Below, piece after piece: positions 1 through 14,476 of a stretch of DNA of 64,000 nucleotides; positions within the stretch are counted from its first letter, which is position 1, and each line of letters opens with the position of its first letter. Location: assembly GCF_026210795.1 (NCBI RefSeq), contig NC_089429.1, positions 5,022,001 through 5,086,000 of the forward strand, written 5' to 3'. The notes beneath the pieces were generated by a model. That model did no database searches. It worked only from the letters and a program-made list of their open reading frames with translations, and was not told the origin of the DNA. The DNA is from Rhizophagus irregularis. Its lineage: Eukaryota. A program made the translations under genes and the position numbers.

Positions 1-1018
1 ATTTTACGTACATTCTATGCATATTTTCCATATACCTACCCGGATAATTTCCGAATGAAGACTGTGTTTCGTGTTTTATATTTTGTGTTGTGCATTTGTG
101 TTTTGTGTTTTACGTACAGAAATTGTATGAACAATATTCTGAAAATGTATGTAAAATGCACAAAAAATGTACGAGGAAAAATTCACACTATATGAAAATT
201 TTATCAATTTCAATAATTTTTGAAAACCACGATAATCATTATATAGCGATTTGATTAAAATTTCGCATAACATTTTTTTAATTGTATTTTATTTATAGCT
301 AAACGTAAAGAACAAAGTATGCTTCGCTTTATTCATAAAAATACGTAGAATATTAGATAAATATTCGAAATCCATATCAGGATATTTAGTATTAATAATC
401 CATACACGCATTCTTTTTTTTCCATTCATGTATGGAAATTACACATGTAGAAAACATTCACAATTCTAATGCATGTTATACCCAAGTTTACTTAATGGAT
501 TAAAGTCATTATTAATAAAGAAAGCTTCACTATAAATAAATTACCTTTAAATCATCACTCAACGTTTTGAGGCACAGCATAATGTAGATTTTTAATTTAT
601 TTAATAGTATTTATATAATAGTATAGAATAGTATAGAAACAATTCTTTAATTAGTACATTGGTAAAAGTTTCATAGTATTATGTTAAATATTATTGTATT
701 TTATTTATCTCTTTTAAAAAATCTTACACATAAATATAAAATAGCCTATTTTCCAAAATTTGATATTATAAAATAAAATTACTGATGAAAATAAGTATGT
801 CAAGTATAATAATAACATTTTATATCTAGCTTAATAATAACTAAATAACTGGTATAGTAGAAAAGCTTTGATTACATTCGTTACTAACATAGTTTTACAT
901 TAACAGAGTATATTTTAAGTATCTTTTAAGTTTGAAATTATCTAGAACATACTGGTAATGTTTTTCAAAACTTATACCTTCTTTTTTACATAACAAAAAT
1001 GTATAAACAAATAAAAGA

Positions 1019-4000
1019 TTATTTTGTACATAAGATATAATTAAAAATATCACAATCTTTATATTTTAACAATTTACCTAATTCATCTACTTTGATTTCA
1101 TCTTTTTTAGTCCCAATTCCACGTTGATAACATGTTCTAAGATTATTTATTGAATCACGATGACCCTTTTCAGCTCCTTTTTTATATAATTCAAATGCTT
1201 TAACTTCATTTTTTTCAGTTCCAGTTCCTTTTTGATAACAACACCCAAGACTAAATATTGAATCACAATGACCTTTTTCAGCTGCTTCTTTATATGATTC
1301 AAATGCTTTGATTTCATTTTTTTCAGTTCCTAATCCATATTGATAACATGTACCAACTTGATATAATGCATCTGTATGACCAATTTCTGCTGCTCTTTTA
1401 TATAATTCAAATGCCTTACTTCCACTTCTTTCATCAGTTCCTATTTTATAATGATAGCACTCTCCAAGGCTAAACATTGAATTAATATTACCTTTATCAG
1501 CTGCTTTCTTATAAAATTCAAATGCTTTGGTTTCATCTTTTTCAGTCCCTATTCCATATCTATAACAATATCCAAGGCTATCCATTGAATCAATATGACC
1601 TTTTTCAGCTGCTTCTTCATATAGTTCAAATGCTTCAATTTCATTTTTTCCAATTCCTATTCCGTGTTGATAGTAATATCCAAGATTATTATTTGCAGCT
1701 ATATGACCTCCTTCAACTGCAGCCTTATAATGCCTAAATGCTTCTATTTGATCTTCCGAAATTCCTATTCCATATTGATAACATTTTCCAAGAGAATAAA
1801 ATGAAGCTAAATTACCTTTACCAGCTGCATTCTCGTATAATTTAAATGCTTTGATTTCATTTTTTTCCGTTCCTATTCCATACTGATAACAATATCCAAG
1901 ATTATATATTGAACTAATATGATTCTTTTCAGCTGCTACCTCATATAATTTAAATGCTTTAATTTCATTTTTTTCAGTTCCTATTCCTTTTTGATAGTAA
2001 TATCCAAGATTTATCTGTTGAATCAATATAACCTTTCTCAACTGCTTTTTTATGTAGTCTAAATGCTTTAATTTCATTTTTCTTAGTCCCTATTCCTTCT
2101 TGATAACAATAACCAAGATTATTTATTGAAATATTAGAACCCGCGTCAGATACTGCTTTGTATAATTTGAATGCTTCAATTTCATTTTTTTCAGTTCCTA
2201 TTCCATGTTGATAACAATATCCAAGCTTATCCATCGAATATAAATAATTTTTTTTAGCTGCTTTATTATATAATTCAAATGCTTCGATTTCATTCTTTTC
2301 AGCCCCTATTCCTTCTTGATAACATCTTGCAAGCATAATTATTGAAGGAATATGATCTCTGTCAGCTGCTTTTTTATATAATTTAAACGCTCTAATTTTA
2401 TTGTTTTCGGTTCCCATTCCACACTGATAACATCCCCCAAGGATAAATATTGCGTCAATATCATTATTTTCAGCTGCTTCTTCATATAATTCAAATGCTT
2501 TAATTTCATTTTTTATAGTTCCTATTCCCATTCTATAGCAATCTCCAAGATTTCTCATAGAACTAATATCACCTTTTTCAACTGCTTCTTTAAATAATCC
2601 AAATGCTTTGTATTCATTTTTTTCGGTTCCTATTCCTTCTTGGTAACAATATCCAAGATCATTTATTGAATTAATATGCCCTTTTTTAGTAGCTTCTTCA
2701 TATAATTCAAATGCTTTACTTTCGTCTTTTTTAGTTCCTATTCCTTCTTGATAGCAATGTCCAAGCCTATTTATTGCTACAATATCATATTCAGCTGCTT
2801 CTTTATATAACTCAAAAGCTTTAATTTCATTTTTATTAGTACCAATTTCATAGTTATAAAAAATTGCTAAAATAAGAACATTTTGTAAATTATCCTTATT
2901 GTCTGACAAATAATTGAATATTTCATTCTCATTTTTGCCTCTTGATATTATATGTTCTCTGATCGGCTGAGCATAAGATCCTTTCTCAATGATATCATAC
3001 AATTCATTTACAATAATTTCATTATCAACATTGGTTGCTGTTAACTCTTCGTCAATTTGCATTTCATTAATTTTATCACATTCTTCACTTTCTTCTAATT
3101 TAAATATAATGAATCGTTAATATTAACAGTATTAACAGGTTAATCATTATCGAACGTAATGTCGGTTTCAATAATACCTGCAGTATTCAAATTAATTGAT
3201 CTTAGGTTAGATAGCACTTGTTGCATAACTGGTCTATCATCTGGGTTATTTTGCCAACATTCTAAATCAATACGAAAAAAAGGAAAAACAGAATTAATAT
3301 TTATTTGTGTTAGTAAATTAAACCAGAATTACATAATATATTGACGAATTTACTTCTATAAATATCAACATAACCAACTGGTGTACCAGAAATTGGCATC
3401 TCTCTTTTTCCGTTCAGAATTTCCAACATTAATGATGGACTTTGATAGCTCTCACTATAAGACTCGAATGGTATTCTCCCAGATGATATCTCCCACAGGA
3501 GTACACCAACACTGTATACATCTGATTTCTTATTTGCTTTATAGTAACAGTCACTACTATCTGTTTGCTCATTAAAATATTGTGGATCAATATAAGGAAG
3601 CATTCCGATAACATTTTTTTTATTTGATGATACTTCTGCTATCTTACGTGAAAGTCCAAAATCTGACAATTTAATTGTATTTTGATGAACTAATATATTA
3701 TTGGAATGCTATTTATTAAATATAATTGGAAATATTATAAATTAATATTTTAATAGATAAGAAAGAATTCAAGTTCGCACATAATTTTACATGTATATTA
3801 AAATAAGCGTAATTTTTAAAAAAAAAATTTACTTACTAAGTCACGATGAATAATATCCTTTTTATGTATATAAGAGACTGCATTAGCAATTTGAATGGCA
3901 AATTGTAATTTAAAATTCCAATCTAATCCATAAAAATTATTTTTTAAATAATTCCTCAATGTACCGTTATCAGCATATTCAAGAACAAGTAAATAATCTG

Positions 4001-4469
4001 AAAATGCATCATCTTCATTATCTAAGTAAAATAAATTAATTAAATAATTTATCAAATCTTTGAATCTTAGGAAAAATAAAATTTAAATGTAAAATATCAC
4101 TTACGCATTCTTTTAGTGATATCAAAAAATTGAATAATATTTTTATGATGATTAACTTTACGTAATGATTTAATCTAAAAAGAAAAGAAATACATTTTAA
4201 TTATTAAATTATTAATCTGATAGCTAATCAACTCATTTTACCTCATTAACAATTTCTTTCATAACATCATAATTATCGTTTTTAAAAGATTTTAGAGCAA
4301 CAACAATATCTCGACATTCCCAAGTGGCACGATATACTATACTGAATCCTCCAGAACCTATATATTGAATATTTTGAAATTCATCATAATCGTTGTAACT
4401 AATATAACCTTCAGCAATGCCTTTTTCAATCCATCGAACATATTTATCAGTATTGGAATTGGTCGTCAT
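1019..4469 (-). CDS. Tyrosine-kinase-like protein kinase fused to 17 Sel1-like repeats; 6 exons; +1 frameshift at ~2010-2012 (disrupted allele or assembly error)
   Basis: Exons 4469-4242, 4174-4105, 4021-3837, 3708-3354, 3261-3178, 3094-1019 join in frame across GT-AG introns. Motifs GSGGFS, VALK, HRDL|HSNN, DFG, LPYIDP, DVYSVG, CWQ..PDDRP. Sel1 units LGxCYQxGIGTxKNEIKAFxLY run across both ORF-track frames. Confidence 0.9.
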
Positions 4470-6760
4470 TTTCTTATTAATATTTTAGTAAGTTAAGTGA
4501 AGAAAGCATGAAATGTTTTACGTTAGACTAAAATAGTAGGAGATGATCATAAGTAATGTCACACAGTACTTGCGCCGATTAGGGGTCTAGGAGTTCTTTC
4601 GTTTTATAATAATACAGATCATGTGATGAAGGATGATCGAAAAAACAAATTGGAAATCCAATAAATACAGCTGCGTTACAGATAAACATACCGAAACCTC
4701 CCGAAACAGGACCCAGAAATAAATATACAGGGGTAGGGTACACAGATGCGTCGCCATCATAGTGGAATTAGACGGAGTAAAGTTTTGATTTGCGTACAAT
4801 TTAAGAAATTTTCATCCATAGTTAGGTCTTTTATATGTAAAAGATTAGTTTGCGTATTTTTGGGCTAATCTTATATATAATATTTAATATTAATTGAAAG
4901 AAATTTCTAAGGGTTTATAATGAAATTTGAAATTTTAGAAAAATATTATTGAAAAAATGATAAATTCTATTTTCTCACATTAGTATTTGATTTTATATAT
5001 AAATAATATAGAAGTCATAATAAAATAATTAATAACTTAATGTCTGAAATTTTATTTGCGTATTTTTACAGGATTTTCATGTCAATTATGCATACTACTC
5101 ATATAAAAAGTCTCTGCGTACAGCTCATAGTAAAAAAATTTTTCGCGACCTGACCCTTATATATATATTTCTGGGTCCTCCCGAAACCCTTTAGGTTATA
5201 CAGAAACTTAGTTTCGGAATTTGCATTTATTATATTTATTTTCCAAATCCCGAATTCAAAATCTAACCTGATAACTCCAAAAACTTTTATATACCAAATA
5301 TAACCGAAACCTATTATTCTCACTTAGTTTATTTTTATTAAAATGTTAATTAAAATTATAACAATAACATAAAATTATTATTAATAAATTATATTAATTA
5401 TGAATTAAAGACATAGTGCCCTTTGTCTATTTCGTCTTCTTGCTCAAAAAACTTTTCTGGACGTCCACCAGTGGTAAACTATCTGGCATTTTAAGTCTTA
5501 AAAAATAAGATAATTATCAAATATCGCTATTAAAAAAATAACTAATCGGGAATTGGGATTTATTTCAGGAATCAGAATTAATTTCAGAATATCGGATTTT
5601 CGAGATACCTGGAATTAGTTTCGGGTTTCGGAATTTGTTTAGGGTTTCGGGTTAGGTATATTTCAAAACCTGAATTCAGAAATCCTCTCAGAGGTTTCGG
5701 GCCTCATGATAACCAGACACATCATTTGGCTCTTTACGACCCTTTTGAGTTTTTTGCAAAATAATTTGATTATTAGACAAGTAATTCAGAAGTTAAGGCA
5801 TAGAACAAACCACCTATTATGGCTTATAATTATGTATAATCTTTCTTCTTTCTTTAGTTTATTATAAGATAAAAGAAGAGTAAAAAAAAAAATTGCAGCA
5901 AAGGAAGCAGATATATCTAAGGTTGGTTTAATACACTTTTAATGAACAGTTTGGCTTATTATACATATTGATTAATTTTTAAAGGGAGATACCATAAAAA
6001 AATTCTTCTTTAGTATAATACTATTTAAAAAAAAAATAATTGAAAATTAATATTTTCAAAGCAACTTTTTAATAGTATTTTCTCTTTCAGGAACAGGTTT
6101 ACTAGTTTTATTTCATCAATGTTTGAGAGTAATAAATAATTTTCTTTGGAATAGAATATATTGTAAGGTTCGAAGAAGAATTTTGTTGGTAAGAAATCTT
6201 ATATAGATCTTAATAATAGTGATATAGTGTTCTTTTTCTTATATATATATATATTAAACATTTTGTATTATTTAAATGATAAAGTTGTACTTTAATTACT
6301 TTCTAATTTTGAAATTTTAACCGCCGGTTTTAAATAGATGGTACATATTAAAGTCCCTAATTTTATTCAAAATTTCAATTTTATATAAAATTTTAGAAAC
6401 AGATACATCTTATTAATTTGAAAAGTTTGAATAATATTTATGCATCAAAAAAAAAATGTATAGATAATGATCAATAACAATAAAAATAAGTATGCTTAAT
6501 ATTTTAATATGTAGGATATTTCAAAAAAAAACAAAAACTAATCTTGCAATGGTACTTGTACACTAGTCGAAATAGGACAAAGTGTCCGAGTAAATCAACG
6601 CGCAATCCAAGCAAATCAACGTGCCACGCAAAGAATACAAGCATTGTATGTCTTTTTTGACTATAATACTTTTATCAAATAAAATTAAAAAAAAAAATTA
6701 GTATATATAAACTTTGGTTTGTTTAATTACTAATAATACAAATAATTTTGATATACAGTA

Positions 6761-6969
6761 CCTCATTAACAATTACTTTTATATTATCGTTATTTTAATG
6801 CAACAACAGTATCTGAACTCTCCCAAGTAGCTCGATAAACTTTACCAAAACCTCCAGTACCTATACAATTTATATTTTGAAATTCATTATAATCATGATA
6901 ATTAATATAACCTTTAGCAATTCTATCCTCGATCCATTGTGCCCATTCATCTATATTAGCATTTTCCAT
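6761..6969 (-). pseudogene. Orphan copy of kinase exon 1
   Basis: Reads MENANIDEWAQWIEDRIAKGYINYHDYNEFQNINCIGTGGFGKVYRATWESSDTVVALK*, homologous to 4469-4242. It has a deletion and stop after VALK and ends at the same GAG|GT donor. No downstream exons seen. Confidence 0.85.
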
Positions 6970-9505
6970 TTTTTCTATAAGAATTATTTATTTTTTTTAA
7001 AAAAAAGTCCAAACAAATAAATACTAATTTATGCATGACCTGTATTAATTTTCGCTCCTACTTCCTTTGATTCTGGCTGGATTGATCAGATTGATCAACA
7101 TCTGGAATTTTTTTGATTTGTAATCATCTGCAATCATCCGGGCCCATGTCTTCTGCCGTCATTATATGGAATTCGAGCTAATGTTTCGTTGATCTTCTAG
7201 ATCTTCAAAATTTCTTTCGTTCCACGTCGGATCCAATGGGAACCTGGAGCGAAAATTAGTACACTAATTATGATTTGTTTAACAGTAATTAAGTTTCACT
7301 ACATGATTATCCAATGTGATATTGATCAGATGATCAAAAAATTTTTCAACTCAAACTCGAAAAAAAATAGTAGTAAATACCACTTCAAACCCGTCGTCTA
7401 TATTTAAAACCCATCTAACTTTGAAGTTAGAATAACCTGACAATTTCGCAGATATAGAAGTAGTTACTTAATAACGGTTTAATGCTTTTTGACAGATATA
7501 TAGGTGTATAATATTGTTATAAAGCTGTGTTTATTTTGATATTAAATTTTGAATATTTTACAAGATAATTTTAAAGTTATTGACAAATTTTTCATACCCA
7601 TAGCATAATATGGCTTGTCTCTTATTAGTATATGAAGATTGTATATAGTGTTTAATAAATTTTACTAAATCATGTTTAATAAATAAAACTCACTCTTTAT
7701 AAATGTCGATATATCGTAAGATAAAAAAAATATTAAAAATATCGTGATCATCATGTGATTCCAAAAATCCGCGGATATGTACACGTCAATATGATCTACA
7801 GTACATACAGTATAAAAAAAAAATAAAGTTATTGGAAGTGATGATAGCAATGACGTTAAACTATGATCTTAATTTTATTGGAGAAATTAGCAGATCATGT
7901 GATGATCCACAAATCATGTGTCAGGGATGAATTTGTTTGTACTATGGGGGAACGATAACGTAGAACTGGGATGATTCGGGAAATTACATTATGGGTGAAC
8001 GAACCAGTCGAACCATCTAAGCGGAGTAGTCCGGAATAACTTTACATCAATTAGAAAATTAATTTTTATAATTTTAGAAATTTTTGTTACCATGCGTTTT
8101 AGAAATTATTTAATAGGAAACTTTTAATTTTATTGGTTCTTTAATTTATTAAATTAATATTGAAAGTATTTCGTTTTTAATTCTTTTAGAAATTTTTTTC
8201 TTTCTTGAATTTTTTATTTTATTTCGTCTTTTGAACTTGGGAAATATGTATTTTATCTACTAATAATAAACTTTATTCTTCACACCACCTGTGAGGCAAC
8301 GATTAACAAATCATACGGTATTAATAGAAAACTTCTGACGATCGATCATTTTAAGTAAAATGATTATGAACTTATAATATATTTCAAAAATATTGAATAT
8401 AATTGGGATGAAGTCATACACTCATACAGCCAGTCAAAACGGTCGGCCAAACTTAATCGATTATTGACCGACCGATGACCGATCGACCATTGCCATCCCT
8501 AATAATGATTACCCGAAATCGCCATCCCAAAAATCAAGTAACACAAATAATTTTTTTTTTTTGAAAAGCTTATGGACTTAAAACATGATCTTCGATAATT
8601 GTCAACACTCGTGAGTAAAAAAGAAAGGATTTTCGTTCCAAAGATCTCGTCATCGTGGATCTTCACAAAATAATGCTTTATTATTACATGTAAATTTATC
8701 TACATACATGTCTCAAAATAATAGAAATCCAACAACAACAAAATACACCTTCACGTGAATCATACGTTCTTAAAAGATGAAATGCTCTTTTATCACGAAT
8801 CAATAGGTTATTTACAGGATAAAGAAAATAAAGATTTTTAATTATATTTATGTTAAATAATTCAAAATTATTTATAAAAATGAATATTTAAAGATTACAT
8901 TACAATTTATAACAGTTAATGATAAATGCCTTTCATCAACTTTATCTTAAATAACATTTGATGAATATGATTTTGAATACGAAGAATGTTCTTTATAATA
9001 AAATCGGTAGGAAATTTTTTTACTAAAAAAAATTAATTTATTTAGACATATAATCGATAATTATTAAATCTAATGAATTATTGGAATTTTTTAGAGGATG
9101 CGAAGGAATTCTTAATAAGAGTTGATAATAAGATATGGAAAATTTCGATATTATAAAAATGGAACATCATACATTATATGAGAGATTGTTTATGATACAT
9201 TGTATTACCATAAAGGTTTAGAATAGTTGGATTTGTTTGTAAGAAATTGCTAAATTAGGTGAGAAATCAAAAAAAATAGGAATTTATAATACTTATTATT
9301 GTACGTTGCAACGTTGCAAATCAATAAACTGTGGCGGGGCGTTAAATTTCACAATAGAAATGATCATCACAATTATTATACAATTTTGTGTAAATAAAAA
9401 CACATAAAAAGGAAAGTCCACCAGAAAACTCTTTTTATCCCTTTTACTTCCTTTTTAGAAGAAAAAAAAAATTTTTTTTTCCACAATTTTGTTTTCTTTA
9501 AAAAC

Positions 9506-11407
9506 ATGGCAAGTTCAAAAGTATTAGATGGAGATTTACCTGAAATAACAAGTTTTATTTTACGTAATTTAAGAAATGATATTAAATCACTTCATTCATG
9601 TATATTGGTTAATCGATTTTGGTGTCGTATTGCAATACCATTATTATGGGAAAACCCTTTTTCTATTAATCTCAATAAAACAAATTCACATTTTCTTGAT
9701 ATTTATCTTTCATCATTTCATGACGATAACAATGTATTAGAAGAACTTGAAATTAATAGAATTAATAACACAAGATTATCATCATTTAATTATCCAAGTT
9801 ATATTAGAACGGTTGATACTCATAAAATAGAAATGACTATTAGAGAATGGATTTTAAATTTCACTACATTGGCGAATGAAACCGATGAAACCGATGAAAC
9901 AAATGAAACCAACGAAACAAATGAAATAAATGAAACGGTTGATAATAATTCAATTCAAACATCACAACAATCTATTATACCACGACCGTTAACGATATCA
10001 CCGGAATTGGCCATCTCAATTTCTACTTTAGCAGAGAGCGCACAATCTTTAGTACATGCAGCTTTATCAGCTATATTTAATTTAAATAAACCTGATTCGC
10101 CAAAAGTTAAGAATGCAATTCAACGGATTTATACAGAAATATTTAAATTATTTATTGAAAGTGGAGCAACATTAAGTACATTTCATCTTAATATTGATAA
10201 TTTAAATAGTGCAATATTTAATGATATTTACAAATTATTCTTAAATAATCCACAATTTATTTCTGATATTAAAAATTTTACATTTGGATTTAGAAGTACT
10301 TTACATATTGAATCATTAATTCAAAATTATCAATCAAAAATTAAACCTTTATTATTCACTTTATCATCATATTGTAATACCATTAAAAATATTAATTTGG
10401 AATTTTCTTTAAATAATCATCCACCATTCGCAAATGATATCGCTACAATTATTAATATACAAAAACAACTTTCTTCTTTAATTTGTTCGGATGATTTATC
10501 AAGTTCAATTTATCCTTTATTATCTTTTAATAATAATTCTTCAAATACTTTAACATCAATTAAATTTAGAAAATGTCATTTTAATAATACAATTCAATTT
10601 GATGGAATTAAAAATCTTAATAATCTTGATTCAATACAATTTATTAGTTGTAAAGGTTTAAGATATAATCTTATTAAACCTTTAATAGAAAATCCTTTTC
10701 CTTTAAAAATTAAAACTTTAGCAATTATGGGTTGTGAAATTGATAATGATGATTTTGATAATACATTTTTTGATCCTTTATTTAAAAAAATTGGTAATTT
10801 TTTAGAAAATTTATTTATAAGTTTTCATAAAAATTATTCAAAAAAATTATTAGAAACTTTATTAAATAATTGTTCTAATATAAAATTCCTTTATTTAACT
10901 GATATTTCTTATAGTAATATAAATCATTTATTACAATTAATTCCTTTTTTAAATAATACTCTTAAATATCTTACTATTAATGTTAAATTCGTTAATTGGT
11001 ATGATAATGAATTTAATGATAATTATCAAAGATCTTTAAAAATTAGTTCTAAAATATTAAAAACTTTAGGAAAAGAATTACCTTTAGATTTAAAATATTT
11101 AAACCTTTCTTTTATACTTATAGATTCTAATGATTTAAATCTTTTTTTTCAAAATTCAAATCATGTAAAATTTGAAAAATTTTTATTAAGAACAAGAAAT
11201 AATGATGTTGATCCTATTTTAAATGTTTTACAAGATTTTATTAAAAATAATGATAATTTAAAATATATAGCTTATGAAAAAGGTAGTATTAATTCAATTG
11301 ATGATGAAATTTGTTATAAGGGTTTAGAAGATAGAATTAGAGAATGTGGATCTTCTGTTAAAGTTGAAAAATATAATGATATTCGTATAGATACGAATTA
11401 TATTTAG
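9506..11407 (+). CDS. F-box-like / RNI-like LRR protein (Glomeromycotina expanded family)
   Basis: 633-aa ORF with N-terminal LPEI...LHSCILVNRFWCRIAIPLLWENPF F-box-like motif, FNYPSYIR, and C-terminal LxxLxL repeats. (N/D)ET repeat insert near 9876-9935. Confidence 0.8.
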   Translation: MASSKVLDGDLPEITSFILRNLRNDIKSLHSCILVNRFWCRIAIPLLWENPFSINLNKTNSHFLDIYLSSFHDDNNVLEELEINRINNTRLSSFNYPSYIRTVDTHKIEMTIREWILNFTTLANETDETDETNETNETNEINETVDNNSIQTSQQSIIPRPLTISPELAISISTLAESAQSLVHAALSAIFNLNKPDSPKVKNAIQRIYTEIFKLFIESGATLSTFHLNIDNLNSAIFNDIYKLFLNNPQFISDIKNFTFGFRSTLHIESLIQNYQSKIKPLLFTLSSYCNTIKNINLEFSLNNHPPFANDIATIINIQKQLSSLICSDDLSSSIYPLLSFNNNSSNTLTSIKFRKCHFNNTIQFDGIKNLNNLDSIQFISCKGLRYNLIKPLIENPFPLKIKTLAIMGCEIDNDDFDNTFFDPLFKKIGNFLENLFISFHKNYSKKLLETLLNNCSNIKFLYLTDISYSNINHLLQLIPFLNNTLKYLTINVKFVNWYDNEFNDNYQRSLKISSKILKTLGKELPLDLKYLNLSFILIDSNDLNLFFQNSNHVKFEKFLLRTRNNDVDPILNVLQDFIKNNDNLKYIAYEKGSINSIDDEICYKGLEDRIRECGSSVKVEKYNDIRIDTNYI

Positions 11408-11575
11408 GGGTAGGTAGGATGGGATAGGCGGGATAGGGCGTGATAAGAAAGGAAGTTTTTAGGATCATAGGCCGATAGGGTAGGTAGGGTAAGGGCCGAT
11501 AGAGTAAGGATGGGATAGGAGATTTTTAGGATAGGCCGATAGGGTAAGATAGGGCCGATAGGGTAGGAAGGAGTT
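11407..11575 (+). repeat. G-rich imperfect tandem repeat (GGCCGATAGGGTA-like units)
   Basis: Repeated ggccgatagggta / gggatagg units directly after the F-box stop codon, in an otherwise very AT-rich region. Confidence 0.7.
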
Positions 11576-11799
11576 TTTATTTTATTTTATTTTTTTTTTG
11601 TACAAAATTGTATCAACTAAATTATATCAACGAAATTATTAATTCAACTTTTTATATCTACGAAATTACAAAATTAATAAAGATTTATTAAAAAAAAAAT
11701 TATGATCGTATCATCTTTAATTTCTGCATTAGCTGGTAAATGTGTAACGAAAGATGACATGTATTTACGCGTTAATCTAGTTCGGCAAACCGAACCTTC

Positions 11800-12270
11800 G
11801 CTTTATCTATTCCATTGTCTGATGCTACTTTACAACACCTAATTGCCTCCTCAATATTTACTTTGGCTCCGATTCCAAAATAAAATAATAACAATCTCCT
11901 AAATTATTATGCGCCATCGCATCCCCATTTTTGGCCGATTTTAAATACCATTGCTTTCTCATAATCTTGTTGCGTTCCTATTCCATTAGAATAATAAAAT
12001 CCTACAACACACTGTCCTTTGGAATATCCTCCAATAGCTGATTTCATAAATAATTCAAATGCTTTCTTACCATCTTCATTTTTTCCTATTCCATTTGTAT
12101 AACAAATACTGACTCGTAACGTATCCATTATTAGCTGATATTAAAGATGATCTAAATTCACTTTCTATCTCATTTTCATTTTGTGCGGAGAGACATTCGA
12201 ATTCTATAAACCATCTTAACGCTTCATCACCTTTTTAATCGTCCCTACATCATAATAACATGATGTTATC
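11800..12270 (-). pseudogene. Degenerate Sel1-repeat gene fragment
   Basis: GIGKNEDGKKAFELFMKSAIGGYSKGQCVVGFYYSNGIGTQQDYEKA, then after a frameshift KSAKNGDAMAHNNLGDCYY..GIGAKVNIEEAIRCCKVASDNG. Upstream frames are broken. Confidence 0.75.
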
Positions 12271-13756
12271 TTTAATTGTGCATCGTGATCCAGTGATGGT
12301 AAAAAGATGAAACACAGCTCGTTAGAATCGTCTTACTGAGACGAATCAAATGGTGGTAAATTCGCACTCCTAAGCACGATAGATGACGAGACATTGAATA
12401 AAATATTACAATCCGGCATTTTTCATTTACGTTGTCACCACCGTCTGCCACCCGGTGCGACAAATAATTCACGTCTATATTGTTACCTTCATCATAACTG
12501 ATAACACAGCCCTAATTTGTATCACCTTTCTCGACACGTTTCAATAAATTTCCAAACCTTTTTGATAATCTAAAATCTTTATATTTTTCTCCATAATTCT
12601 CTTTAACTTTCACGCATTCTTTCATTCTTATACTAACTCCTTCACCATAAACATTCAAAACATTTTTTAATATTCTTGATAAAATTATTTTTTGATATCA
12701 AATTATTTAAATTTTTTTTCAAAATTATTTTTCGAATTTTTCAAATTTTCGAATTTCTTCGTTGGTTCGATCGATTGATTTTCGTTCATATATTCATGAT
12801 AATTGATTTTATCGTTTCTCCTTTTATCTAAAATAATGATAATAAATATTTTCTAAAATTTTTTAAAATTTTAAATTCATAATCAAAAATATTTTTAAAA
12901 ATGATTTAATTGATTCAAAATCGAAATCAAATTCAACAAATTTTTCTTCACTTTTATTATTAATAATTAATAAATAATTTTCTAAAGCTTTATCCTATTA
13001 AACTATTAAACCAAGATTTATTTTCTTAATAATTCAAGAATGAAAATTTCTGAATCATTATCGATAATAATAATCTTTTATCAATTCATTTAAATTATTT
13101 TCAAAAATTTTTATATCATCTATTCATTTCAATTATTTTAATATAAATCTCTTTTAAAAAATCTTTAACGTTAAATAAATTTTCTATGAATTCTTAATTC
13201 TTCACCTTTTTTTTTTTTGAGAAATAAAATATGTTAATGTAATATAACTGTGTACATGTTTGTATATGAATAAGCATAATCAAGATTTCAAAAGTATTAT
13301 GATTTCAAAACGTAATCAATCGTACAATAGTGAATCACCGTTTCACAATCAAATTTAATCATGCGATCCCACATGAACCCCTGAATTCGAAGATATCTCC
13401 CTAATTGTAAGAGTTGCCTTTTTGATACAAAGGAAACTTTAAGTGTAATAAGTGGTACCCTATATTAGTCATCTTTTGTATATGTGATATCTCCTTATTG
13501 TCACCTCGGGCTGGGGATCAGGTTCCTTTTCATTGCACAAAATATTCAAAATATTACAAATATTTCAAATTTGGTGAATAATCTAACTTTTATTGTAACC
13601 CAATTCAAATATTTAGGAAACCTATTTTCATTGTTTTTTTTACTTAAACCGTATTTATTATTTCTACATAACAAAAAGATTTTTTTTTTTTTTTATTAAA
13701 AAATTTTTTTTCTTTTTATTTTTTTTTGAACGAAACCATCTTATCTTTTTTTAAAA

Positions 13757-14442
13757 ATGATGAAAGGAATTTCTTTAGAACATGATTTTAGATTAATGAT
13801 AAATAATCCAAAATATAGTGATATAGAAATTATATGTGAAGATAAAAAAAAATTATATGGTTCTAGAGCAATATTAGCAGCAAGATCCGAAATTTTCGAT
13901 AAATTACTTTATAATGGAATGAAAGAAAGTTTTGAAAAAGAAATTTCTTTACCAGAAATTAATTCTTTTGCTATGAATATTATTTTAGAATATATTTATA
14001 CTGGAAAACTTCAAGAAGATTCTTTAAATAAAGATAATACAATTGAAGCTTTTTTTGCCGCAGATTATTTTAATTTACCTGAACTTCAAAAATTTATTGT
14101 TGAAAATGTTAAGGAAAATTTAGAAAAAAATTATACTGATAATTATTCACCAGAATTATTATCTAGAGTTCGTGAAAAAACTAATGGTGATAATATTCTT
14201 CTTAATTCATTGGCTGATTCAGTAGCCGTTATTCCATTAAACAATCTCGAAATTGGTCGTTTATCTATCGCTGGTCTTAAGTACTTTTTAGAATATATAC
14301 ATCAAAAAGAAATTCCCTTTGCAACAACAGAATATGAAATTTTTCGATATAGTGCACTTCTTACGGCAAAACAAATTTCTTATGATGCATTTACAGATCT
14401 CGAGAAACGGTTACCGACATTAAAAAAAATGAGGGATATTAG

Positions 14443-14476
<34 letters not shown>

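Noticed and set aside
4690..5705. Possible MITE with ccgaaacc repeats and an inverted ATTTCTGGGTCCT pair (~4708-4720 and ~5168-5180)
   Set aside because: Termini and TSD could not be defined.
8430..8500. hAT-like terminus (minus strand TAGGGATGGCAATGGTCG)
   Set aside because: Only one end found; no partner TIR or TSD.
8770..9230. Possible decayed coding fragment with an intron
   Set aside because: Stops in all frames and no recognisable motif.
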